A stretch of DNA of 64,000 bases from Prorocentrum cordatum (Eukaryota): contig CAUYUJ010000225.1 in assembly GCA_963575745.1 (NCBI GenBank), forward strand, positions 1,364,001 through 1,428,000. Reading direction: 5' to 3'. Made by a program: the position numbers and the translations under genes. Shown piece by piece: positions 12,038 through 24,594 of this stretch (the stretch's first letter is position 1; the number at the start of each line of letters is the position of its first letter). A model generated the notes under the pieces. That model saw only the letters and a program-made list of their open reading frames with translations. It was not told where the DNA came from and did not search any database.

Positions 12038-12067
12038 ACGCGCGCTTCGCGCGCGCTCAGGTTCTAG
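12038..12067 (+). mobile_element. Helitron-like 3' terminus (GC hairpin followed by CTAG)
   Basis: acgcgcgcttcgcgcgcgctcaggttctag; near-identical copy at 61529-61558. Confidence 0.5.
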
Positions 12068-12318
12068 CAGGCCCTAGGCCTTGACGAGTTCACTGCTTCA
12101 CTGAAGTGGACCACAGATGATTTGAGCGGGAAGCGAAGTGCCCACAACGCTGAACGCGTTATGGGCAGTGAGAAGTCCATGCATGTTAATCCGTATTATG
12201 GAAGGCTTTCGGGGAAGGTGGCTGCGTAGGGGGGGCGGAGGCCTGATGAATCGAATTCCAAAAAGGCCTTCTGGGAACATGGGTTTGGGGGGCGTCTTGG
12301 GGAGCCTGTTGGGGCGTG

Positions 12319-12354
<36 letters not shown>

Positions 12355-12398
12355 TCGTCGTCGTCGTCGTCGTCGTAATGTTGTCGTCGCCTCTTGGG

Positions 12399-12429
<31 letters not shown>

Positions 12430-12649
12430 TTCGTCTTCGTCGGTTCAAGAAGGCACTTGGGGCAACTGTGTGCGAAACGATCCGCGGAGGGCCGCGAGAA
12501 GGCGATCAGTCATGCTCCCAATCAACTTCCCAGACAAATCTCCGGTGGCGCGACGGTACTTCGGAGCCTCCGGAGACTCTCAGGCTCATGATGAACCATG
12601 TCCCCGGAAAGCTTTCTGGGAATATGATGTGTTGGGGTGTGTTGGGGTG

Positions 12650-13893
12650 CCTCTTTTGCGTTCCCTGGGGGCCCCTTGGGGCCTCTTGGGGCTTCCTGGG
12701 GGCCTCACTGGGCTTCGTGGGAGCCTCTTGGTGGCCTCCGGGGGCCTACTGGGGGCCTCTAGGGCCAGAGACCTCGAAATATCCCTCTTGGGGCGCTCTT
12801 GGGGCACACTTGGGAGCCTCCTGGGCCGTCTTGGGCCCTCTTCGGGGCCTCGTGGGCCGTCTTGGAGCGATCTGAAGGGCCTTTGGCCGCTTACCCAGAA
12901 GCCGCAACAGCGACTCTCCCCCAAGGGGTTGGCGGTGGGGCGTAAACCAAAGAATCTTCCCGCGCTGTCCAAACGCCAATGCCTACATGGCGTTAGAACC
13001 CACGGGGAAAACACCAATCATTTCTATGCCAACTGCCCCGGGCCTGCAGGTGGGGGGGGGGGCAGCTCTTCGCTTCTCCATGCATTTATCCTTCTCTTCC
13101 CTCCTGCCCCCCCGAGCTCACAAGACTTCGGCGTCTTCACCTGTTCGGGCTCCCTTCTGCTCCAGACGGCCCTAAAGGTATTCACTACTATGGCCCCAAG
13201 ACTGCCCCCAAATTGCCCAAGAATCCTCTAAAACGGCCTCAAGGCAGCCCAAGAAAGCTCCTAGACAGCGCAGGACGGCCTTGGAGAGCCCATCGACGGC
13301 CCAAATACGGCCCATCGACGATCGCAAGAGACCCCCCAACTCAGACAGTCAAGAGGGCCCCAAGACGGCCCCAGAGAGCCTCAAACCATTGCAAGAGGGT
13401 CCCAAAAGGGCTGGCCCAAAAAGGCCCGAAAGTCCCCCACAACTGCCTCACGAAAGCCCCAGACGGCCCAAAAACCGCCCAAATGGGCTTCTGGGAAGCT
13501 CCTCAAGAAGAAAAGACGGAAGATGACACGTGCGACGGCTGTCCTGATCCTGCCTCGCCGTATCGTCATCGTCATCGTCATCGTCGTCATCGTCATCATC
13601 AGCAGCAGCACCAGCAGCGACATCCGAATCAGCATCAGCATCAGCATCAGCAGCATCATCCTACTCATCACCACCATCGCCTTGACATTCACCATCGCTA
13701 TCAACAACAACATCAGCATCGTCGTCATCATCATCTTCATCATCAGTATCACCCTCCTCGTCATCATCAGCATCATCAGCATCGTCAGCATCATCACCAG
13801 CATCATCATCACCATCATCATCAGCATCAGCATCATCATGATCGTCATCATCATCACCATCACCATCACCATCAGCATCATCATCATCACCAT

Positions 13894-13925
<32 letters not shown>

Positions 13926-13984
13926 CGATCGTCATCAACATCATCAGCCTCGTCACCATCCTCATCATCATCATCCTCAGCACC

Positions 13985-14055
<71 letters not shown>

Positions 14056-15060
14056 GACAGTCATAACCATCATCATCGTCACCACCATCATGATCTTGTC
14101 AGTCCCATTCATAAGCCAGGTCCTCATCCTCATCATCCTAAGATCACCCTCATCATCATCATCATCATCATCAGCATCATCATCATCACCATCATCACCA
14201 GCATCATCATCATCATCAGCAGCAGCAGCAGCATCATCATCATTCTCATAGTTCATCCTCGTGTCCTTCTCCTCCGCCTCCTCTTCGTCCTCCCTCTATC
14301 CATAAGCATCCTCATGCTCATCCACATCCTCCTCCTCATCCTCACCATCATCACCATCACCATCATCGTCACCATCAGCATCGTCATCATCATCAGCATC
14401 ATCACCATCGTTATCGTACCCATCTTCATGATAATTCTCCTCCTCTCATCATCGCCACCGCATCTTCCCATCACCATGATCATCGTCATGATACCCCTCG
14501 ACGATGTTATTTCATCATAGCCTTCGTCGTTCTCACCAGAAGGCCAGTGTGGGTCCTGGGGGGTGAAGGCATCTTAGAGACCTCTCAAGGGCGTCTTCGA
14601 GGCCGTTTGGGAGCCTCTTGGGATCCTCCCGGGGGCCTCCTGGTGCCGAAAGCTCGGAATTTGAATACGTTTTTTCACCTCTGGGACCCCTCGGGGCTCG
14701 TCCTGGGGCTCTCTTGGGCGGTCGTAGGGGCCTCTCGGGCCGTCTTGGGACCCTCTTGGGTCGTCTTGGAGCCCTCTTGGGAGCCTCTGGGGCAGTCTTG
14801 GTGGCCTCTGGGGCCGTCTTGGACGCTGTAAAAGCCAAAGAGGTATATATGCGACACATATACTTTTCCCTCAAGGGAATGGAGCGAATTTTGCCTCTTG
14901 GGGGCCTCCTGGGGGGCCTCTGGGAGCTTCTTGGGGCGTCTGCAAGGCCTCTTGGGGTGTCTTGGGCGCCATCTTGTGCGTCTTGGAGCGGCCTGTGCGT
15001 CTTGGAGCGGCCTGTGGGCGTGTCGGGTCCCTCTTGGAGCGGCTTCGGGCTCTCTTGGCG
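12650..15060. repeat. GGCCCCAAGA-family degenerate repeat blocks (12650-12870 minus, 13190-13510 plus, 14570-15060 minus)
   Basis: ccaaga/tcttgg periodicity. The same family occurs at 35270-35470, 36990-37600, 38760-39020, 47490-48110, 49400-49990, 54910-55390 and 61790-62650. Confidence 0.85.
13560..14517. repeat. (CAT)n degenerate microsatellite
   Basis: Direct reading; a second tract lies at 40585-41060. Confidence 0.95.
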
Positions 15061-15124
15061 CTTTCTGGTGCCGTTTTGTGGGGTCCCGCAACGGCTCCGG
15101 AGGGGCGCTCGACACGATCTGACA

Positions 15125-16080
15125 CGGTTCCGAAACAGCCTCCCAAACAGCTCCGAAACGGTTCTGAATAATTTCCGAAACACTTCCGAAGCAGGTCCGA
15201 AACGGCTCCGAAGAGATCCGAAGAGGCGTCCGAAACGGCTCCGAAAGGGCCTCCGAAACGGTTCCGAAACGGCTTCCGAAACAGCCTGCGAAACATTCCG
15301 AAACAACCTCCGAAAAAAAGGCTCCGAAACGGCTCGGAAACAGCTTCCGAAACAGCTTCCGAAACAACTCAGAAACGGCTCCCGAACGGCTCCAGAACGG
15401 CGTTCGAAACGGCTCCGAAACAGCCTCCGAAACAAGTTCCGAAACACTTCCGAAGCAGCTCCGAAACGGCTTCCGAAACGGCTCCGAAACAGCTTCCGAA
15501 ACAGCCTCCGAAAGAGACTCCGAAACAACTCCGAAACAGTTTTCGAAACGTTTCCGAGGCAGCTTCGAAACGGCTTCCGAAACGGCTCCGAAGGGGCGTC
15601 CGAAACAGCTCCGAAGGGGCCTCCGAAACAGCTCCGAAATGGTTCCGAAACAGCTTCCGAAACAATTTCCGAAACACTTCCGAAACAACTCCGAAACGGC
15701 TTCCAAAACGGTTTCCGGAACGACCTCCGAAACATTCCGAAACAGCCTCCGAGAAAGACTCCGAAACGGCTCCGAAACAGTTTCCGAAACACTTCCGAAG
15801 CAGCTCCGAAACGGCTTCCGAAACGGCCCCGAAACAGCCTGCAAAACATTCCGACACAGCCTCCGAGAGAGACTCCGAAACGGCTCCGAAACAATTTCCG
15901 AACACTTGCGATGTAGCTCCAAAACGGCTTCCGAAACGGTTTCCGTAACGGCTCCGAAGGGGCGTCCGAAACGGCTCCGAAGGGGCTTCCGAAATAGCTC
16001 CGAAACGGTTCCGAAACAACTTCCGAAACACTTCCGAAACAGCTCCGAAACGGCTTCCGAAACGGCCTCCGGGTCTTCCG
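15125..16080. repeat. Degenerate 11-12-bp minisatellite (tccgaaacggc)
   Basis: Dozens of ccgaaac cores. Confidence 0.95.
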
Positions 16081-16375
16081 ATTAGAAGGAACAGGAGGCG
16101 GCCGAAGGAACAGCGGAGGAGGAGGAGGAGGAGGAGGAGGAGGAGGAGGAGGAGGAGGAGGGGCCGCCACAGCACCCACCACAGAATTCAGAGCTTAAGG
16201 CCCTAAGCTACGGAGTTTATAGTGCTTTCGACCTTCGGATTCCCAGGTCTGCCACTCTGGCCTCCCGTCGAAATGCACGCGGGCACGGGCTCGTACGGCT
16301 GCGAGGCTGTATGTAGGGGCAGAACTCGAGTGGCAAGTGGCAGGAAGAAAAACTCGACTGTACAGTAGGGGCTCG

Positions 16376-16540
16376 ACCACAAGAAACCTTCCACAAGAAA
16401 CCCAACCCTGAGACCCCAGGACGTCCATTGATTTTTGGTGTGGGGACGTCACGCTTTCCATAGCAAAACCATCGAAACCCAAAAATATCAGGGCACCCTG
16501 GAGGCAAGCGAGGTGTTTCTTGGCATGGGTCTCCACTGTA
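16376..16540 (+). repeat. Dispersed ~165-bp repeat; second copy at 28874-29037
   Basis: acaagaaaccttccacaag...cccaggacgtcca...ccctggaggcaagc...gcatgggtctcc is present in both. Confidence 0.9.
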
Positions 16541-16959
16541 CTGCGCACGGCCAAAGAGCGGCCAACCCCCGCGTTTTGGCCAGCCGCGCCGCACGGCCGC
16601 CCTGGCGCGCGGGCGACGGACTGCGGGGAAGAGCTCGGGACGGTAGGGTGCACTGCAGCATCGCTGATGCATCCTGGGTTTACTCTGCTTTCCTCTCGTC
16701 GCCCCCTCCTCCTCCATCTCCTCCTCATCCTCCTCCTCCTCCTTGTTCTTTTCCTCATCCTCATCCGCCTCCTCCTCCGTCTCCTCCTCCGTCTCCTCCT
16801 CCGTCTCCTCCTCCTCCTCCTCCTCCTCCTCCTCCTCCTCCTCCTCCTCCTCCTCCTCCTCCCTCGCGCCACGCCACGCCACGCCACACCACGCCACACC
16901 ACGCCGCATCACATGCTCCTCCTCATCGTCCTTCTCCATCCCTTTTCCTGATAAATAAT

Positions 16960-17757
16960 CCCTCCCTGTCGCACCCCAGACGTGTCGGCGGGGCGGGGCG
17001 GGCGTTTCGCCTAGGACATCCTCACCATGTATGATGCTGCAGCTTGAGATGCGCATTAGTTTCGCGGCCAAAATGTGGCTCTCGCCCAAATGCAAGCTTG
17101 CAGCAGCTTCCATGATGGAGAACGAGTCGTGTTCAAAATGTGGTTCTCGCTTGGGTGCCACGCACATGCGCATTAGCTCAAGAAACTTACAGTTTCAGCT
17201 TTTCGTACGCTACTGGGTGAGAATTGCGTGGGTTGCTCTAGAGGCCTCGTCCAAAGGCAATGGCCTCAACACGGAAGACTGTGCACGGTAACTCCAGGAA
17301 GGTACCATGCACCATCAACGGCACATATGCGCCTTACGACTGCCGCCTTACCGCCTTACCGCCTTACCGCCTTACCGCCTTACCGCCGCACATATGCGCC
17401 TTACAGCTTTGCGCGACTGTTTTAGAAATTCGTATGGTTGCGGCCCCAAGAACGGTGTCATGACACGATTCAGGATTGTCAAGACGCAACCGTTCTTTCG
17501 ATTCGCGGTGCTGAAGTTCCAGGAACCGCGTCCTGGGACGATTTAGAATTGTCAGGACGCAGCGGTCGCGTTCATCCGCGGCGTACAAGTCCCAGGAATT
17601 GCGCGTTCCTCGTGCGAGTGAAAACTCCCAGACGGTTGACTTCTAATGGGCCGCTTCGAGACAATGAATATGACTCATTGCAGGACCTATGATGCGGGAA
17701 TCTGGAGAGGGTTGATTGCAACAGAGTTGACGCGTATTGATGTTGTTTGGGTCCCTC
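16960..17757 (+). mobile_element. ~750-800-bp interspersed non-coding element with caaaatgtggctctcgc subrepeats
   Basis: Colinear copy at 43785-44523 (tccctgtcgcacccc...gggcgtttcgcct...gagag.tga.t.caac...ggtcctcc). Partial copy at 51470-51720. Reverse-strand pieces at 54440-54720, 55610-55845 and 58340-58420. Confidence 0.75.
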
Positions 17758-19059
17758 CTCCTCCTCCTGTTCCTCCTCCTCCTCCTCCTCCTTCTCAGCA
17801 TCATCCCCATCCTTATCCGACTCCTCCCACCTACTCCTTCCTCCCGCCTCGTCCCTTCTCCGATTTCCTTTTCTCATCCCGATCCTCCCTTACCCACCCC
17901 CTCGATGGACAACCCCTGGCCCGTCCGTGACGATCAAGCTCACGGTCGAGTAGATGTGCCCTGCCGTGGAATTGTGCATGCCCTGGGAACGTGGCGCGGC
18001 GGGGTATCGACCACCCACCCGACAAGGTGCGACCAAGCTCTGGAGCGTGGCACAAGAGGGGATGCTCACCACGTGTCCCGACCCCCAACCAGAAATTCGA
18101 CTCTGTCGCGGCGCCGCCATGCACTCTATGGTCCAACACGTGCAAACATTGCATTCATTTTGATCCCTTTTCGCTCCATATCCAAACCTCGAGCGTGGCG
18201 GGGCGGGGCATCGATCCGCCCGACAAAGTGCAGGGCCCCCCACCTGCGCTCCCCAGCTGTGTACCATGTATGCACGTACGTAATCACACGCACACGCAAA
18301 TCATTGCGTACGGAAAAATCGCGCGGTGCAAACCCGGGCGCTGGATTCTGACACCGCGTAAGTCGTTCAACCTTGAACGATCGCGGCTTCCAGACAACGC
18401 TGCTCGTTCGATATAGGCCTGTTCCTGCTCAGCGGCGGCGTTCAACCTTGAACGCCAACGCTGGGGTCGCCGCCGCGTCAGCGCGGCGAGATCCTGTCGT
18501 ACCCACTTGCGTAAGTGCATGCACGTGCACGAACCCAGCTTTATGCATACATCTGCATGCGCAAATGTGTATGCCAGCGCGGACCCCTTAACATTGACCT
18601 CTTGCATTCGGGATGCAACATGTGGCGCCGCACATCTAAGCGTTCCCTACTCGCGTTCACGACTTCTGGACACAACGCCCCAACGATGAGCGCGGCGACC
18701 TAGCCAGGGTCGTCGCCCCGCGAGCGCCACGCGCAGGGGGCGTTTGCGGTGACAGGCGCCGCCCCCGACCAGGCCATCCTGAGCGTCGAAGCCATTCGGG
18801 GCGGGCAGGCGAGACGGTCACAGGCCGTCTCCGACAGAGCAGCCTAGCAAGGGCGACCGCCCCGCGAGCGATGCGCGCGGGGGCGCTCGCGGGGGCGCTC
18901 GCGGTGGCGGGCGCCGTCCCCGACCGAACCCAACGCCGCAGGCGCTTGGGCTTGCTGGTCGGGGCGCACAAGGCCTGCCACGACCCTCGCCGAGGCAGGG
19001 CGCAGGGGGCGCGCCAAGACGAGGCGACCTTGCTGACTCGCGCCGACGCCGCGGATCAT

Positions 19060-19960
19060 GGTCCGCAACACGAAGGGACGGTCACTGCTTCGGCACTCGC
19101 CTCGCGCTCGCGTCTGTTCTTATCGACGCGTTTTTTGGAAGCGCGGGGAGACCTGCCAGCGCCGCGGACAATTTCGCACAGGCGGCCGCGGCACCGCCGA
19201 TTAATGTCCGCGTGCCCTCGACGCGAAGCTCTGCCCGCGAAGGATGCCGCGCCCGCTGGGCCGGCGCGCTGCGCCACCGCCTCTATGGCGCGCCTCGCAG
19301 GCGCAGCGATGGAGGCGACCCCGCGACTCTCGACCTGCTGCAAATGCGAGAACACGGTCGGGTCGACTCGGGTGCTCTCGAACAACAGCCGCGCCTCGCA
19401 CGCTGCGCACGTCGCTGGCGAACTCGCGCGCTAACAGCTCCGCACAGCAACTGCACGGTCGCCGCGGTTCTCGCGCCGCGAGTGATGGATCGCAGCCGTG
19501 GCGCCCGACAACTATGGCAATGGGGCGCCGCGTGCACTCGAAACGCGCAGGTCCTGGTCGGAGAAAGCGAATTCCTTGCGCGCCAAGGGGTCGCCTCTCT
19601 CCACCAGGAGGGCCTCGGAAGGCACCCGCAACGCGAACTCCGAGGGCACTAGAAATAACGCGCGCAGAGCACTGTCGGCGCGGACAAAGTCAAGCACCGC
19701 CAGGAGGCGCGAGAGCAACGCGGAAGACGTCGGCGGCCTCCTCAGAATGCGCCGCTTCCCGATGGCTTCGCGCGCCCCCGTGAGTGACCGATGCCCAGGG
19801 GCAGACGCGCCCAGCACCAACGATTGGCATTCTTTCACAAGCCGCGCCACACATTTGCCGAAGGTGCGCGGGCTGCGAAACTCAAGCGCGAATGAACACG
19901 CCTCGTTGGGCGACGGCGGCAGCGCGCTGCTGCTGAGCCTGCTCTGTGGCCCGAAGGATC
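19060..19960 (-). pseudogene. Decayed tyrosine recombinase, probably from a YR (DIRS-like) retroelement
   Basis: Motifs in the expected order: FRSPRTFGKCV..LVKEC; FALRVPSEALL (box I Arg); RRENR...RSC*R...TC; ASRRGHA.I...GRLCEIVRGAG (box II, HxxR degraded); in-frame stops are present. Confidence 0.7.
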
Positions 19961-20261
19961 GCGGCGCCGCGCCGACAGCTGCCATCGCTCGCGCGCGGGC
20001 CAGGCTTTCCAGGATGGCCGCTGGCGAAGGGGGCCCGCGGTCGCCGCTTGCGATGGACGCGCGAAAGCCGCCCTTGGACGCGGGCGAAAAACGCGCGGCG
20101 CGCGCGTCGCTGCACGCGCGCGCGAGCTCGCGCTTCGCCGCGCGCTGGCTCGCGGCGCCCGGCGCACGCGCGCCCGGGCCCCCGCTCCGGTGCAGGGTGG
20201 GCGCAACAGGGGCAACTGAGGGCGAAAGCCTTGCTCGGCCCGCCACGCGGGCCCGCGCCCG

Positions 20262-20740
20262 TGCCGACTGGCCGACTCCGCGACTGGCCGACTCCCCGAC
20301 TGGCTGGTTATTTGACTGGCCGACTAGCCGATTCCCCGACTGGCCGACTCCTCGACTGGCCGACTGGCCGACAACCCGACAGGCCGACCCCGCGATCGGC
20401 CAACTGGCCGACTGTCCCGCCCCCCGCCCCCCCGACTCCCCGGCTCCTCGACTCCCCGACTGTCCCGACTCCCCAGCTCCCCGGCTTCCCGACACGCCGT
20501 CTGGCCGACTTCTCCGACTCCCCGACTTCTCGGCACCCCGACCCCCGACTCCCCGACTCTATGACTCCCCGATTCCACGACCACCCGACTCCCCGACCTC
20601 CCCAGCTCCCCGGCTCCCCGACCGCCCCAACTCCCCGACTTTACTCCCCGACTGGCCGACCCCCCAATTCGTTGACTCCCCGACTCCCTGACTCCCCGAT
20701 TCCGCGATTCCCTGCCTCCTCGACTCCCCGACTCCCTGAC
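20262..20740. repeat. ccgact/ccccgact 8-bp degenerate minisatellite
   Basis: Direct reading. Confidence 0.9.
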
Positions 20741-20784
20741 CCCAGGGGCAGGAGAGCCCCGATAAGTCGCGTGGCGTCGCGGTA

Positions 20785-20968
20785 TGAATCTAACCTCTCA
20801 GAACCCTGACTGATGTGGACGATCATACAGCACGATGGAATGGCTTTCCTGCGAACCAAGCATACAGGGGTGCCTGAAGCCAAAATGATTACGGAGTGCC
20901 ACATGTCCACTGCAACGCTATACAATCACAATCAGCCTTAAAGCTCACGGGAACTCACCAACAATCGT
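20785..20968 (-). repeat. 3' LTR (shared portion; may extend to about 21026)
   Basis: tgaatctaac...cagaaccctgactgatgtggacgatca...gcaacgctatacaatcacaatca...aatcgt, as in the 24595 copy. Confidence 0.8.
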
Positions 20969-21124
20969 CAGTCAATCCAATTTTTCTGAGCTCTACGCGC
21001 GTTGCAAGTGAGGGCGGACAAGGACACTCCGTCTGCTTAAAAAGAAACCGTCGCTGCCGTCCCGTGGACGGGCTGATGCGCGCAGCATGCGCTAAGTCAG
21101 GCAATGAAGAAACAAATCGAGGAA

Positions 21125-21143
21125 AGGGAGAGAGATAGACAGA

Positions 21144-21179
<36 letters not shown>

Positions 21180-21223
21180 CAGAGGAGGGAGGGAGGGAGA
21201 GAGAGAGAGAGAGGAGAGAAGGG

Positions 21224-21283
<60 letters not shown>

Positions 21284-21442
21284 TGACAGACAGACAGACA
21301 GACAGAGACAGAGACAGAGACAGAGACAGAGACAGAGACAGAGAGAGGGAGAGGGAGAGGGAGGGGGAGAGTGAGAGGGAGACATATAAAGAGAGAGAGA
21401 GAGAGAGGAGAAACCCATGGGAAGAGTGAGCGAGAGAGACAA

Positions 21443-21505
<63 letters not shown>

Positions 21506-21915
21506 AAGACAGAGAGACAGAGAGAGAGAGAGAGAAGGAAAAACAAAAGGGGAGAGAGAGAGAGGGGAGCGAGAGAAAGAGAGAGAAAGAGAGAGAAACA
21601 AAAAGAGAGAGGAGAGGACGAGCAAGAGGGAGAGGGAAAGAGAGAGAGAGAGCGAGAGCTAGAGAGCTAGAGAGCTAGAGAGGGAAAGAAAGAGAGAGAG
21701 AGAGAGAGAGAGAAGCAAGAGAGAGAGAAAGAGAGGGAGAGAAAGAGAGAGAGAGATATAACAAAGAGAGAGACATATAGAGAGAGAGAGAGGAGGGAGC
21801 GAGAAAGAGAGAGAGAGAGAGAGAGAAGAAAAAATAATAAAAAAATATAACAACTATAGCCAGATATAGAGCGATACATATATAAAAAGAGAGAGAGAGC
21901 GAGAGATAAAACGAG

Positions 21916-21946
<31 letters not shown>

Positions 21947-21983
21947 GAGCGAGAGAGGAGATAGAGAGGGCGAGAGAGAGAGC

Positions 21984-22058
<75 letters not shown>

Positions 22059-22120
22059 AAAAAAAAAAAAGTAACCAATACAAACAGAGAGGATAGAGAG
22101 AGCGAGAGGGAGGGAGAGAA
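21125..22120. repeat. (GA)n/(GACA)n microsatellite tract inside the LTR element
   Basis: Direct reading. Confidence 0.95.
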
Positions 22121-22379
22121 AGAGAGGGGGGCTCGGAGTGAGGAGAAAGGGCCTGGAAACTCCGTGGGACGCAAGTTTCCCCTTGGGGTGATGGATGCAT
22201 GCGCCTGCGCTCGCGGCCCTCGGGACTGGCCGCCGGGTCCGCCGCGCGAAAGTTCTCCGCTTGAGCCCTGGGGAACTCCTGACTGAGGTTCTCGCGGCAC
22301 TGAAACTCTGCAGGCGCCCTCGGACGGTCTATCCAGAAGCAAGGATGACCAGAAGCGAGGAGAAACAGTTCGGTCGCGC

Positions 22380-22720
22380 AGCACAGCCCAGCAAAAAAAC
22401 ACCCGCCTCCTCGGCAGGTCAATCACTGCCCCAGCATGTTCAAAGGGAAGACCAAGGACAGCAAAGGAGTATTCTTCTCAATCGCATCTATCTCCAAAAC
22501 GCAGTGAGCCTGCTGGATGCCGGACGGGATGAGGGCAGTCGAAATCACCCCAGTCCTCCCGCCGACACCTCCAGCAGCAGCGCGCCGCGAAGGGACGTGC
22601 ACCACGCTGAAGCCCTTCGACCTCAGGTGGCAAGTGAGCTCGGGGCGCCGATCAGGCTCCAGCCCGCCGCGGTGTCCAAAATGGCTGCGCCCGCCGGGGC
22701 CTTCAAACCGCTGGGCTTCG
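22380..22720 (-). pseudogene. Retrotransposon aspartic protease, frameshifted
   Basis: GAAILDTAAGWSLIG (DT[A/G] catalytic motif) ... GGVGG...IPSGI...VLEIDAIEKNTPLL ... GAVIDLP. Confidence 0.75.
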
Positions 22721-22859
22721 CGGCCTTCGTCACCTGCGGGATCGTTCCGTCCTGTCGGCTGCTATCAATGCTGAGACTCGCCATCTGCTGCGCCGTCTCC
22801 GCCTTGGTGAAACATGTGGGAAACGCGAGGGCGAACGACGCATCCTGGCCGTTCGGGTA

Positions 22860-24180
22860 GCAAGATGCCACTCCTGTCCAGGCCGCCTGGGGCTGCGCCG
22901 GCTGGCCGCCGCGCCCTCGGGCCAGTCTCCGTGCCTGATGAGCCGTTGCGATTCGGGCCCTCGTCGCCCCAGTGGCCCTTCATCTTGCAGATCCGGCATG
23001 TGGATCTCTCGATGATCTTTGCAGGCGCCAGCCTCGGCTTCCTGCCCCGCTGCGCGCCATGGGCGCCCCCGTGGCCCCCAGGGCGACGCGGGCGCCCACT
23101 CGCGTGCTGCGCGGGCGGAGGCCGCTGGAAGTAGCGCCTGTCGGTCTTGGGCTTCCCCTTCAGCTCGCGGTTCCCCCGCCTGGACTTCTTCGTGTCTGCC
23201 TGCGCGGCTGCCGACGCCATGGGGACTTCTACCTCGTCGGGATCCTCCTGGTCGATCACGTCGAGCAGCGCGTGCTCCATGTCGGTGTCGATGGAGGGCG
23301 CGCCCTCGCGCTCGAGCTGGTCGCCCTCCGCGCCCGCTGCGAAGGTTGGCCCCGCCTCCTGGTGCGCCGGCGACGCGTGCGCGAGCGCGACCTTGCGGGT
23401 GCCCGTCAGCGTCTCCTTCTCGCTAGCGTCGAGCTCCCTGATGGCCGCCAGCATGGCTCCAAGGCGTCTCCTCTGGCGGGCGCACGGACGAGGCGCATGC
23501 TGGCGTCGTCGAGGCCCGCGCCCTCCTCTAGGAACATCGCCTTCCACCCGTCGGACATCACCAAGCCCTGTGTCGCCATATTGTTGAACTGCTGGTCTAA
23601 CCTGGCTACGAAACTGGTCAGCGACTCGGAGCTCTTCTCATGATGCTGTAGCAAGCATTCTCGCGCCGTGACGCTCGCCAGAGAGCAAGTCTAACTGCTT
23701 CAGAACATGCTGCGCGCCCTCCTGGCTTGCCAGCTGCTCGTCGGTGATGCACTCTAGCTTGCGCTGGAAATCTCTGTCTAGAATCTTCATGACGCGATCC
23801 GCTCGTTTGGTGATGGCCACGTCGGTCCCGCTGGCCCACCGAAGCGCCTTCCTCTTCCATATGCAGCAGTCGCTCCAGCCCATCCAGAGCTCTGGGTCGC
23901 TGTAGTCGCCTCTCTTGTTAACGCCAGCCGAGCCCGGGCGACTCCAGCTTTCCTCCCAGCTGTTCCACATGTTCCAACCGTCCGGCTGCCACCTCCAAGT
24001 GCCTCCGGAGGTCTTGTCGTGCTGCCTCTCCGGTGTCGGCTGCTTGTTGGCGTCGGTCGGCGTATTCTGTCTCCATGGGTCCGTGCCTGGGTCGTGCCAC
24101 TCATCTCCACTGGGCTGCTCTCCGCCTATCGCCATCTGTGCTCCGCACGGCCGCGATGCTGTCTTTCCTCTCTGGGTCAC
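22860..24180 (-). pseudogene. Retrotransposon gag, frameshifted, with a zinc knuckle
   Basis: DPELWMGW..IWKRKALRW..TDV...RADRV..ILD; ESLTSFVARLDQQF; CRICKMKGHWGDEGP (CCHC knuckle, last Cys lost); spread over three frames. Confidence 0.8.
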
Positions 24181-24578
24181 TCTGGCCTCCCCAACTTGAG
24201 GCTTTCGCTTCCCAACAGTGACGCACAGCGCCCCCGGCTGGCCGTGCTGGCTCTGACCGATCGACTAGTGCCGGAGCTGGCGATCGGTCTGTACCTCTGT
24301 TCAACACCTTCAGCTTCTTGCGTACGACCTCACGGACCAGTCGGCCAAGGTCCTCCGCGCTCAACGCTGGGAGCGCCACGGGCTGCTTGTCCGCCGGAGT
24401 CCTTGGCCGTCCTTCACCACTCAGCTCCCTCAGGAGCCGACCCGCCGTCCCGTCGTCGACCCAGGCAGCCTCCTAGGCGCCAGATCCTACTCCACTGGCT
24501 GCCGACATGTCTTGTCACACCAATGGGCTCTGAGAGTTCGGAGTGCGCAGAGCGTGTCTGGGGCAGAGGACCAACCCC

Positions 24579-24591
24579 GGCTCCGCTACCA
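24579..24591 (-). promoter_or_regulatory. Primer binding site (initiator tRNA-Met type)
   Basis: Minus-strand TGGTAGCGGAGCC starts 3 nt after the LTR's terminal CA. It is complementary to a tRNA 3' end ...CTCCGCTACCA. Confidence 0.75.
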
Positions 24592-24594
24592 CTA

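Noticed and set aside
14533..16182. Long ORFs in all frames over the ccgaaac minisatellite
   Set aside because: Stop-poor repeat with no domain signal.
10090..17962. Further exon candidates on the minus strand (about 17900-17962, 13110-13142, 12895-12982, 10090-10248)
   Set aside because: AG|G sites are present, but there is no homology or consistent phase chain to support them.
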